64,000 nt of DNA, taken from contig CP170459.1 in the NCBI GenBank assembly GCA_047947115.1, positions 1,440,001-1,504,000 of the forward strand. Direction: 5' to 3'. Below are positions 39,624-48,277 of the stretch, one piece after another. The stretch comes from Verrucomicrobiota bacterium (GTDB taxonomy: Bacteria; Verrucomicrobiota; Verrucomicrobiia; Limisphaerales; AAA164-E04). Numbering within the stretch: the first letter of the stretch is position 1; every line of letters begins with the position of its first letter. The notes under the pieces were generated by a model, which saw nothing but the letters and a program-made list of their open reading frames with translations, searched no databases and was not told where the DNA came from. Both the position numbers and the translations under genes were made by a program.

Positions 39624-40163
39624 ATGTCAGAAAAAAACATCATATACTTTGATCTGGAAACGCAAAAGTCCGCTGCCGAGGTCGGTGGGTGGGACAAAAT
39701 ACGCGACATGCGCATGAGCGTGGGCGTGACTTACAGCACCACACGCGGAACTTATGAAATCTATGAGGAAAGCCGTGTCAACGAGTTGATCGATGAAATC
39801 ATGAAGGCTGATTTGGTGATCGGATTCAATCATTTGCGATTTGATTACGAGGTTTTACATGGTTATACCATTCTGGATTTATCCCAGGCACCCAGCCTGG
39901 ATTTGATGATCGATCTTCAGAAGGTGCTCAACCATCGCATCTCACTGGACGCCGTGGCAACCGCCACACTCGGCAGTGAAAAAACCGCCGAAGGTTTACA
40001 GGCCATCGAATGGTTCAAACAAAAAGAATTCCTCAAAATCGCCGAATACTGCTGCTTCGATGTCAAGATCACCAAGCTGGTTCACGAATATGGCCGCGCG
40101 CACAAACAGGTCTTTTACCACAACAAATTCGGCACCAAAATGTCTGCATCGGTAGATTGGTGA
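39624..40163 (+). CDS. Stand-alone RNase H-like DEDD exonuclease (YprB/MrfB-like)
   Basis: YFDLETQ, GFNHLRFD, EYCCFDV motifs. Confidence 0.8.
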   Translation: MSEKNIIYFDLETQKSAAEVGGWDKIRDMRMSVGVTYSTTRGTYEIYEESRVNELIDEIMKADLVIGFNHLRFDYEVLHGYTILDLSQAPSLDLMIDLQKVLNHRISLDAVATATLGSEKTAEGLQAIEWFKQKEFLKIAEYCCFDVKITKLVHEYGRAHKQVFYHNKFGTKMSASVDW

Positions 40164-40199
40164 AGTGAGGTTTCCAAGGATTCATCTTATGACAAAACC

Positions 40200-41087
40200 A
40201 TGTTGACACTCGAACATTTAGCTGAGCTTGTTCATCGGCATCGCGATGCCCTGGATGCTGAGGTGACGGAGTTCCAGCTCGGAAAAAATCTTCCCCACTT
40301 TCCACGTACACCAGCCATCATGGGAGTGGTCAATCTATCCGCCGATTCATGGTATCGGGAGAGTGTCTGCTTAAATACTGATCAAGCCGTTCGGCGCACC
40401 CGATCCCTGATGGCTCAAGGTGCCGACCTCATCGATATCGGAGCGGAATCCACTCTCGCGCACGCCACGGTTGTTTCACCCAAGGATCAATGGCGCCAGT
40501 TGGAACCCATCGTTGAAACCGTGCATGCCGACGACGGAGTGGTGTCTCTTGAGACCTACGATGTGGAACTTGCGGAGTGGGCATTGAAGTCCGGTGTGGG
40601 TTTGATCAATTTTACAGGGCATGCACATGCCGAGCGTGTCTATGAGTTGTGTGCGGAATATCAGGCCGCCATTATCATCTGCCACGTCCAGGGTAACGAT
40701 GTTCGGAATGTTCGAGATCTCCAGTTCGATGGAGATCCGATCGATGCCATGAACAAATGGTTTGAAACCGAAATTCAACGAGCACATTCCATCGGGGTTC
40801 GCAAGATCCTGATTGATCCCGGTTTGGGATTTTATTACGCCAATCTTAAAGACGGCGCCGCTCGCGTGAGGTATCAAATGGAAATGTTCCTGAATACTTT
40901 CCGCCTCCGGAAATTGGGTTGGCCCGTTTGCCACGCATTGCCTCACGCTTTCGAATACTTCGGAGAAGAAGTCCGAACCGCCGAATCTTTCTTTGCCGTC
41001 CTGGCCTTGTTGGGCAAAACAGACCTGATCCGGACCCACGAAGTAGCCAAAGTGAAAGCTGTGTTGGATGTGATAAAAGTCTTTTGA
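40200..41087 (+). CDS. folP: Dihydropteroate synthase-like pterin-binding protein (atypical)
   Basis: MGVVNLSADS, DIGAEST, DPGLGF, RTHEV; canonical SRK motif absent. Confidence 0.7.
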   Translation: MLTLEHLAELVHRHRDALDAEVTEFQLGKNLPHFPRTPAIMGVVNLSADSWYRESVCLNTDQAVRRTRSLMAQGADLIDIGAESTLAHATVVSPKDQWRQLEPIVETVHADDGVVSLETYDVELAEWALKSGVGLINFTGHAHAERVYELCAEYQAAIIICHVQGNDVRNVRDLQFDGDPIDAMNKWFETEIQRAHSIGVRKILIDPGLGFYYANLKDGAARVRYQMEMFLNTFRLRKLGWPVCHALPHAFEYFGEEVRTAESFFAVLALLGKTDLIRTHEVAKVKAVLDVIKVF

Positions 41088-41137
41088 ACTTGCTTCCGCT
41101 TTTGATGATGTTGGATGCAAAAAAATCTTAGATCGAA

Positions 41138-44100
41138 TCACTCGAACAATGATTCGATGTCTTCCCAGTTGAGGCTTTCCATGTTTTCGATGTTGCCTGT
41201 TGCCAGCATGGAGTCGAGTTGGGCTTGTTTGCGTTGTTGGAGGTGGAGGATTTTTTCTTCAATGGTGTCCCTCGCAATCAGTTTATAGCTGGTGACGGTC
41301 TGGGTTTGGCCAATGCGATGCGCGCGTGCCGTGGCTTGGGCTTCCACCGCAGGGTTCCACCAGGGATCGAAGTGTATGACGGTATCGGCGCCGGTCAGGT
41401 TCAATCCCGTGCCGCCTGCTTTCAAACTGATGAGAAATACCGGGATGGTTGAGTTCTGAAAGCGCTGCACGACCTGGCCCCGTTTTGCAGTGCTTCCGTC
41501 CAGATAGCAATATTCCACTCCATTTTCTTCCAATCGTTCACGAAGGATCGTCAGCATTTTGACGAATTGACTGAACACCAGCACGCGGTGACCACCGTCA
41601 ATGGCTTCGTCCAGCAATTCGCTGAACAGCTCGAGTTTGGAAGATGGATGCTTCAGCTTGTCCGGATCCAGGTCGAGGAGTCGGGCATCACAGCAGATTT
41701 GTCGCATTCGGAGGATCGCGCTTAACACCATCATGCGTGCCTGGCCCGAGGGTTGCTTTTGTCCTGCGATTTCCAGGAGTTTGGCGCGTCCACCTTCCAT
41801 GATCTGTTGGTAGAGGGTTCGCTGTTCCGGTGTCAGCTCACAGTACGCGACCTGGTCGATCCGGTCGGGGAGATCCGGTCGCACTTCTTTTTTAGTGCGC
41901 CGCAGGAGGAAGGGGCCGACGCGACGTTTCAGTCTCGATAGCACGGGTTGCGCCGACTGTTGGGAGGCCGGGATTTCGTAACGTTCCTTGAAATCTCGGG
42001 CCGATCCCAGATAACCCGGCATCAGGAAATCAAAGATGGACCAAAGATCCAGCACTGAGTTTTCCATTGGGGTACCGGTCAGGACAAGGCGATGATGGGC
42101 TCGGATGGCTTTGACGGATTGTGCGTTCTGCGTGGCGCGGTTTTTGATGTGTTGGGCTTCGTCCAGAATCAATGCCTCAAAGGTCACCTTCTGATAAACA
42201 TCCAGGTCTCGACGTATGAGTGCATAACTGGTGATCACCAGATCATGGTCCGGTATCTGTGAATACCGTTTGGCTCGTTGGGAGCCTTCCAGTGTCAATA
42301 CGCGTAGCTTTGGTGTCCAGCGTTTGGCTTCTTCCGCCCAATTGAAGACAAGGCTGGAGGGACAGATGACAAGGAATGGCGCGTGCTTGTTGTCCCCATC
42401 ATTTATTAATTTCGGTTGTCTTTGCAGTCTCCATTGCATCCATGTCAACACTTGCAGCGTTTTGCCAAGTCCCATTTCATCGGCCAGGATTCCAGCGAAG
42501 CCCCGTTCGAACATCTGGTGCATCCATATCACTCCATGCCATTGGTAGGGGCGTAAGACGTTCGCGAGATCCGGCATGGTTTGGTGGATGGATTTTAGCA
42601 GTTTCTTTTCGGAGTCGGGGCTGGAATCCGGTCTGAAACCTTCTTGTCTCAGGTTCCACCGGTTTTCCTGGATGGTTTGTTCGAGATAAGTTGAATGTGA
42701 TTTGCGGACCCGGTATTCCCCGTGGTGTTGCTGGGGATTGCAATCAACCAGGACTTCATTGAATTCCTGCAATGCTTCGGTATCCAACATCAGGAATTTC
42801 CCGTTGGTGTTTTTGCGATAGGATTTGCCGGATCGGAGAAGGCGCTGAATTTCATCCTGGGGCAGTGCTCCACCTCCTGAAGTGTGGTAGTCGACCTTGA
42901 AATCAAACCAGTCGCCCGAGGACGCATGCACCCGTACTTCGGGTTGGACGGTTTCGATGTTGCGTTGAAAACTCCAGTCCAATCGTTCTTCCAGAATGAC
43001 CTTCCAGTCTTTTTGCAGGCGTTGGTAGGGGCCTGCGATGAAGCTCAGCACGGCATCCTGCCCGGTCAGGCGCCAGCATTCTCCCTTGGCATCCGAGATG
43101 AACCCGGCGCGCTTCAATTCATCCAAAGCTGATTGCTCCGCACCCGGGTTGCGCAGGATGTAGCGCATATGGTCGGACGGATCGGGCGTGCAAAAATCGG
43201 TCGGTGAGGTTTGCAGTGACACGGGGAAGACCTGGTCGCCATATGCGGTTTTCAAACGGGCATCGAGGCGTGCCAAGCCTCCTTCCATGAAAAGCTGAAT
43301 CCGAGGTTCTTCGGAATCTATCTTGAAATCGTTCAGTGAAAAATCCGTGTGAATGCGATCTGAATCGGGAAGCAGATCGAGTTGGTGCAGGATGAATGGA
43401 ACCTGTATTCTGGGAACCGTCATGGGCGACTGAAATGCCGGCATCAAGGCGGAAGGCAGGCCCATCGGTTGAAAATGTTTGTCCACCCAGACATATCCCG
43501 GTCGTCCCATGAACAGACCTTGCGGCATGGATGTTCCGGCGCAGGTGATGGATAAACTTCCATCGTCCCTGAGCTTGATTTCCATGTGAGGGATCCAGAC
43601 TTGATTGGACACTTTGACGTGCTCCGAACGACCAAGAATTAATTGATCCGAACCCTGCAGCAAGTTCAGGAAATCACAGAACGCCGCGGTTTTCATTTGG
43701 ATCATGGGAACCGGTTTCCCATCAGCTTGATCTTCCAACAGTTTCAACAGATGTCGATCCGACTCGGTAAAATGATAGGCCTGGTTGCGTGGAAACGTAT
43801 TTAAGGGTTTGTATGATCCGTCCGTTGAACCTTCCAGCATGACCGCGACGGTTTGTGGCTGCATTTGTCGGGTGCTGTTTGGGGCGAGTATGAAGCGTAG
43901 TGACAGATTTATTTTGGATGTGGGATCGTAATTGAACCATGGGGTCGGCTTTTGTTCTTTTTCCTTTCCAGCGTTCATGGATGGAACCGATTCCTGCCGT
44001 GGGTTTGGTGGAGCTTCCGCACGAATGGCATCCGGATACAGGGTAGCCAGCGCAATGGCGACCGAATGCGCGCACAGGCTGCCGTATTGTCTGGACTCCC

Positions 44101-44314
44101 GGCAGGTGCACAGGTTTTCGATATCGAATTCGGATTCAAACACCAAGCCCGCCTGATATTGCAGCGAACCCGCCTGAATCAATCCACTTGCTCTGGACGC
44201 TTTCCATTCCGCCGCCAGAACCGCTCCCGACTTGAGATATTGGCGGGCAGATTTCATTGCCTCCCAACCCGCCGACTTGGCCAAAAACGGTTCCGTGATC
44301 TGATCTAATCCCAT
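41138..44314 (-). CDS. SWIM zinc-finger SNF2-family helicase
   Basis: CTC..CAH SWIM motif; LADEMGLGKT, LDEAQ, LTGTP, FSQF, QATARAHRIGQ. Confidence 0.93.
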   Translation of the reverse strand: MGLDQITEPFLAKSAGWEAMKSARQYLKSGAVLAAEWKASRASGLIQAGSLQYQAGLVFESEFDIENLCTCRESRQYGSLCAHSVAIALATLYPDAIRAEAPPNPRQESVPSMNAGKEKEQKPTPWFNYDPTSKINLSLRFILAPNSTRQMQPQTVAVMLEGSTDGSYKPLNTFPRNQAYHFTESDRHLLKLLEDQADGKPVPMIQMKTAAFCDFLNLLQGSDQLILGRSEHVKVSNQVWIPHMEIKLRDDGSLSITCAGTSMPQGLFMGRPGYVWVDKHFQPMGLPSALMPAFQSPMTVPRIQVPFILHQLDLLPDSDRIHTDFSLNDFKIDSEEPRIQLFMEGGLARLDARLKTAYGDQVFPVSLQTSPTDFCTPDPSDHMRYILRNPGAEQSALDELKRAGFISDAKGECWRLTGQDAVLSFIAGPYQRLQKDWKVILEERLDWSFQRNIETVQPEVRVHASSGDWFDFKVDYHTSGGGALPQDEIQRLLRSGKSYRKNTNGKFLMLDTEALQEFNEVLVDCNPQQHHGEYRVRKSHSTYLEQTIQENRWNLRQEGFRPDSSPDSEKKLLKSIHQTMPDLANVLRPYQWHGVIWMHQMFERGFAGILADEMGLGKTLQVLTWMQWRLQRQPKLINDGDNKHAPFLVICPSSLVFNWAEEAKRWTPKLRVLTLEGSQRAKRYSQIPDHDLVITSYALIRRDLDVYQKVTFEALILDEAQHIKNRATQNAQSVKAIRAHHRLVLTGTPMENSVLDLWSIFDFLMPGYLGSARDFKERYEIPASQQSAQPVLSRLKRRVGPFLLRRTKKEVRPDLPDRIDQVAYCELTPEQRTLYQQIMEGGRAKLLEIAGQKQPSGQARMMVLSAILRMRQICCDARLLDLDPDKLKHPSSKLELFSELLDEAIDGGHRVLVFSQFVKMLTILRERLEENGVEYCYLDGSTAKRGQVVQRFQNSTIPVFLISLKAGGTGLNLTGADTVIHFDPWWNPAVEAQATARAHRIGQTQTVTSYKLIARDTIEEKILHLQQRKQAQLDSMLATGNIENMESLNWEDIESLFE

Positions 44315-44448
44315 GTTTTTCTTGAAATAATTTCCCGTTAACGTGCTTAGCATCTCTGCTCGGACCTTGGTCTGTCAATTCTGCCGTGGTGTGTTGGTTC
44401 CAACCGTTTATTGACAACCGGGTGCTTGCCCTTCAAATTTCTGATCAT

Positions 44449-45252
44449 ATGAAAACCTCCCAGCAAACATTCTCGCTCAGAAGCCGCGTTGTTGGTTTTA
44501 CCCTGATCGAGTTGTTGGTGGTGATTGCCATCATCGCCATTTTGGCCGGCATGTTATTGCCCGCCTTGTCCAAGGCCAAAGCCAAGGCGCAGGCCATCAA
44601 GTGTGTCGGCAACCTGAAACAGATCAGTTTGTCGAATTACATGTATATCAGTGATACCGGCAAACCAGTGCATTATGAATCCTGGCCCTACCTGTGGTTG
44701 GCTCAATTACAGGAAAAGTATGCGGCCATCAAGGATGTGAGATTCTGCCCCACCGCTCCTGAACGGAACGAGGCCGCGTTGCGTAAGGACAGTGACAGTT
44801 TTGGAACGATCAATCGCGCCTGGCTGGTGGATGGCGGCGGCACGAACAAGTGGCAGGGGAGCTATGCCTTGAACGGCTATTTCTATACCAAAAGCCCGTA
44901 TGGCGATGACAAGAACATGTTCAAAGTCGAAACCGATATCCGCAATCCTTCCACCACACCTTATTTTGCGGATTCCGTCTGGGTGGATGCCTGGCCTTTG
45001 GAAACCAGTTTGCCGGCCAGGAATCTTTTTAACGGCGACAAGTTTCAGGGACCTATGGCGCGGTTTTCCATTCCTCGGCATGCATCCGATCGCTCGGCGG
45101 CAGTCACCAACTTTGATCCCAAAAATACCTTGCCGGGTGCCATCAATGCCGCCTTTGCTGACAACCATGTGGAACTGGTTCGATTGGAGAATCTTTGGAA
45201 TCTGACCTGGCATAAGAACTGGAAAGTGCCAGCCGTCAGGCCGGGAAAATGA
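44449..45252 (+). CDS. Prepilin-type N-terminal cleavage/methylation domain protein (PVC type)
   Basis: [35 protein letters not shown]-terminal RH...[10 protein letters not shown]. Confidence 0.9.
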   Translation: MKTSQQTFSLRSRVVGFTLIELLVVIAIIAILAGMLLPALSKAKAKAQAIKCVGNLKQISLSNYMYISDTGKPVHYESWPYLWLAQLQEKYAAIKDVRFCPTAPERNEAALRKDSDSFGTINRAWLVDGGGTNKWQGSYALNGYFYTKSPYGDDKNMFKVETDIRNPSTTPYFADSVWVDAWPLETSLPARNLFNGDKFQGPMARFSIPRHASDRSAAVTNFDPKNTLPGAINAAFADNHVELVRLENLWNLTWHKNWKVPAVRPGK

Positions 45253-45358
45253 TCTTCACTTGTTTTTGCCCTAATCGGTTGTTATGTTCTGGTTCCGTCG
45301 GGGGCTTGGACCAAACGCCGCCGGTTGAATAAACTCAGGACGAAAAAATAACAATATT

Positions 45359-45976
45359 ATGGCTTACGAATTACCAAATCTGCCTTACGCCGCCGATGCG
45401 CTCGAACCGCACATCGATGCTCAGACCATGGAAATCCATCATGGTAAACATCATAACACCTATATCACCAAGCTGAATGGAGCCTTGGAAGGTCAGGACG
45501 CGCTTGCTTCCAAAGATATTTGGGATCTGGTTGCCAACTTGGATGCCGTTCCGGAAAACATCCGTGGCGCCGTTCGCAACAACGGTGGCGGTCATGCCAA
45601 CCATTCTCTGTTCTGGTCCATCATGGGGCCGAACGGCGGTGGTGAGCCTACCGGAGCCCTCGGCGAAGCCATCACTTCTACTTTCGGAAGCTTCGATGCA
45701 TTTAAAGACCAATTCGAAGCTGCCGGCGCCACCCGTTTTGGCAGTGGCTGGGCCTGGTTGATCGTGAACAAGGCTGGTGCCCTCGAAGTGGTTTCCACCC
45801 CGAATCAGGACAACCCTGTGATGGACGGTTCCGGAAAAATTGTGATCGGCTGTGACGTCTGGGAGCACGCTTATTACCTGCGTTACCAAAACCGCCGCCC
45901 TGATTACCTCAAGGCCTGGTGGAACGTCGTTAACTGGGACGCGGCCAATCAGAACTACGAAGCTGCCAAGGCTTAA
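45359..45976 (+). CDS. sodA: Superoxide dismutase, probably Mn type
   Basis: [35 protein letters not shown]. Confidence 0.93.
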   Translation: MAYELPNLPYAADALEPHIDAQTMEIHHGKHHNTYITKLNGALEGQDALASKDIWDLVANLDAVPENIRGAVRNNGGGHANHSLFWSIMGPNGGGEPTGALGEAITSTFGSFDAFKDQFEAAGATRFGSGWAWLIVNKAGALEVVSTPNQDNPVMDGSGKIVIGCDVWEHAYYLRYQNRRPDYLKAWWNVVNWDAANQNYEAAKA

Positions 45977-46000
45977 TCATCTGATTCAGACTCTTTTTCT

Positions 46001-46038
46001 AAACGGTTGGAGAATGGAAGTTCTCCAACCGTTTTTTT
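46001..46038 (+). terminator. Rho-independent terminator of sodA
   Basis: 14-bp stem AAACGGTTGGAGAA/TTCTCCAACCGTTT ending in a T7 run. Confidence 0.85.
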
Positions 46039-46040
46039 AG

Positions 46041-46248
46041 CAGGTAGATCGGACCGTCCCGGTCCGCACCTTGTGGCCTCCCCGCTTAAATAAGCTACCC
46101 CAAGGAACACCCAACCGCCTCCGAACCCCAATACCTTTTTGCACGTTCACCAAGGACGCATGTCATTGAAAACCGCAGGCATCCCAAAGCGGAAGTTGAT
46201 TGGAATTCGTATGCCACAAGGGCGCGCCAGGGACGGAACGCACTGCCT
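46041..46248. repeat. 208-bp REPIN/MITE-like element, copy 1
   Basis: Ungapped match to 51710-51917 (about 11 mismatches by eye); ends are inverted GGTAG-footed palindromes. Confidence 0.85.
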
Positions 46249-46369
46249 GGCAGGTAGCGGGCTGCATCATATTCAATGATTATGCTCGACAGTGGTCGAT
46301 GGTTGAAACTTCATAGGTGTCACGTGCTTGATTGGAACGAATTTCAGTATTCACGCATTCTTAATCGTT

Positions 46370-47689
46370 ATGACGGACAACCTTGCTTCCCTTTACACTC
46401 AGGATTTTCAACAGCTCCATCCCGCCGACATAGCAGATCGCATTCAGCGTTTGCCGTTTGAGCAGGCTGCGGAGATCCTCCGTCAACTGCCTTCGTCTAT
46501 TTCAGGTGAAGTGCTCACCGAATTGGAGGAGGATTTCAGGTCGGAACTTATCGTGTTATTTTCTGAATCTGAACTGGTTCAACTCTTTCGCAAGCTTGAG
46601 CACAACGACGCCACTGATTTGATGGCCGAGCTGGATGACGAAATCCAACAACATGTGCTCCAAGCACTGCCCGATGACGTCTCCATTCCAGTTCATGCCC
46701 TCCTCCAATATGGGGAGGATACCGCTGGTGGGATCATGAGCGACCGGTTCATCACTCTGGACCAGGATGAATCAGTGGAATCCTGCCAGGCCAGCTTGCG
46801 GGGTGATATTCGCTTTCAAACCGAAGACATATCTTACCTTTACGTCGTGGATCCTCAACAACGCCTGATTGGCATTGTCAGTTTCCGCGATCTGGTGTTC
46901 AGCTCGCCCCAGCGCAAAGTATCCGAAATCATGCGGCCGAATGTGGCGGCCGTGCGGGTGACCGATGATCAGGAAGAAATTTCTCGTCAATTTGCACATT
47001 ACCATTACTTGGGACTTCCCGTGTTGGATGATCAGGATCGGGTGGTTGGGGTGGTCAAGGCCAGCGATGTTCTGGAGATTGCCCGTGAAGAAGCTACTGA
47101 AGATATGCAATTGATGGTGGGTCTGTCTGGTGAGGAAAGGGCGTTGACTCCCTGGCGCAAGTCACTTCCCAAACGGCTGCCCTGGTTATTTGTCAACCTG
47201 CTGACCGCTTTTGCTGCGGCGTCGGTGGTTGGATTGTTTGAGTCCACCATTGCCAGCTGGACAGCTCTTGCTGTGTTCCTCCCGGTCGTGGCGGGGCAGG
47301 GGGGCAATGCCGGCATGCAAACACTGACAGTCATTATACGGGACATGGCACTCGGTGAACTCAGCAAGGGTGATGGCTACCGTGCTCTTTGGAAAGAACT
47401 GACCCTTGGTCTTGCAAATGGTCTGTGCATTGGAGTCGTGGTGGGGGTGGCGGGATTTCTTTGGAAAGGAAGCATCATTCTCGGGTTGATCGCCTTCCTG
47501 GCTATGGCGCTCACTCAATTGATGGCCGGGCTGGCCGGGGTTCTGATTCCTTTCACACTCAAATTCTTCAAGATCGACCCAGCTTTGGCCTCCAGTATTT
47601 TTGTCACCACCATCACTGACATTGCGGGTTTTTTCTTCTTTCTTGGTTTTGCATCGATCGCGTTGAAATGGGCCGAATCCATGCCTTAA
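46370..47689 (+). CDS. mgtE: Magnesium transporter
   Basis: HPADIAD, TAGGIM, CBS pair, RLPWL, GQGGNAG, TTITDI. Confidence 0.93.
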   Translation: MTDNLASLYTQDFQQLHPADIADRIQRLPFEQAAEILRQLPSSISGEVLTELEEDFRSELIVLFSESELVQLFRKLEHNDATDLMAELDDEIQQHVLQALPDDVSIPVHALLQYGEDTAGGIMSDRFITLDQDESVESCQASLRGDIRFQTEDISYLYVVDPQQRLIGIVSFRDLVFSSPQRKVSEIMRPNVAAVRVTDDQEEISRQFAHYHYLGLPVLDDQDRVVGVVKASDVLEIAREEATEDMQLMVGLSGEERALTPWRKSLPKRLPWLFVNLLTAFAAASVVGLFESTIASWTALAVFLPVVAGQGGNAGMQTLTVIIRDMALGELSKGDGYRALWKELTLGLANGLCIGVVVGVAGFLWKGSIILGLIAFLAMALTQLMAGLAGVLIPFTLKFFKIDPALASSIFVTTITDIAGFFFFLGFASIALKWAESMP

Positions 47690-47826
47690 TATCATTCTTT
47701 TTTAATGATGTTTTTCATAATGAATTAGCAGCTTATGATTGCATTCGCATTACGCCATGAATTAGCCGCATGCTCCAGGGTGAATCAGTATTAATATGCT
47801 TATAGGTAATTGGATTTACCTCGAGC

Positions 47827-47867
47827 AACCAAAATGCGACATAAGTAACCAAAATGCGACATTTTGG
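47827..47867. promoter_or_regulatory. Direct-repeat/palindromic operator-like site
   Basis: AACCAAAATGCGACAT twice with a 20-bp period; the second copy extends into CCAAAATG-CGA-CATTTTGG. Confidence 0.5.
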
Positions 47868-47897
47868 GTAGAATTTTCATTTTTGTCCTCTTAGTCG

Positions 47898-47925
47898 TTG
47901 ACAGATTCAGGTTCTGAACTACAGT
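47898..47925 (+). promoter_or_regulatory. Putative sigma70 promoter
   Basis: TTGACA-N16-TACAGT. Confidence 0.5.
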
Positions 47926-47931
47926 CAATCC

Positions 47932-48042
47932 GGGTACTTCAATCAAGGATGATTGGTTTAGTTGGTTTAGTTGGTTTAGTTGGTTTCACCGATAGAACGG
48001 GTCGCTTATAGTGCAACGCTTAAAGCGGCCCGTTCGCTTTTT
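47932..48042 (+). ncRNA. Candidate small RNA with TTGGTTTAG tandem repeats and terminator
   Basis: Promoter upstream; 3 full and 1 partial 9-nt repeats (47953-47986); hairpin 47995-48035 plus T-run; no downstream plus-strand gene. Confidence 0.45.
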
Positions 48043-48277
48043 AATGAGAGGGGTTTCCGGGAGGGGTTTTCTGTTTTTGAACTCCAGGATCGGGTTGCTC
48101 AAAACGGATCACCATCATCGTAGGTTCCCTCCGGCGTGAGTGTTTCACCCACTTCCTCAGGTTTCAAGCATTGCCCTCCTGATTTCGTGGGAAGTATTCG
48201 CTTATGCGGATGTCACTTCGAAGCTGTTTTGCTCAGGTGTGTGATGATGGTTTCGGGTGAGTTTTGGCGTGAGGGTG

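Noticed and set aside
39624..44314. Exonuclease plus SNF2 helicase as an anti-phage defence module
   Set aside because: The genes are on opposite strands and separated by the folP-like gene; both families are common chromosomal genes and no defence partners are seen
47953..47986. 9-bp tandem repeats, or the REP cluster at 51.7-52 kb, as a CRISPR array
   Set aside because: No regular repeat-spacer periodicity with unique spacers and no cas genes
47949..48011. Leu/Val-rich peptide as an amino-acid attenuator leader
   Set aside because: No plus-strand gene follows the terminator; the next gene is convergent
48095..48270. Weak inverted similarity (ACCATCATC / GATGATGGT) as another REPIN
   Set aside because: Only about 9 bp match and no GTAG/GGAG foot or hairpin
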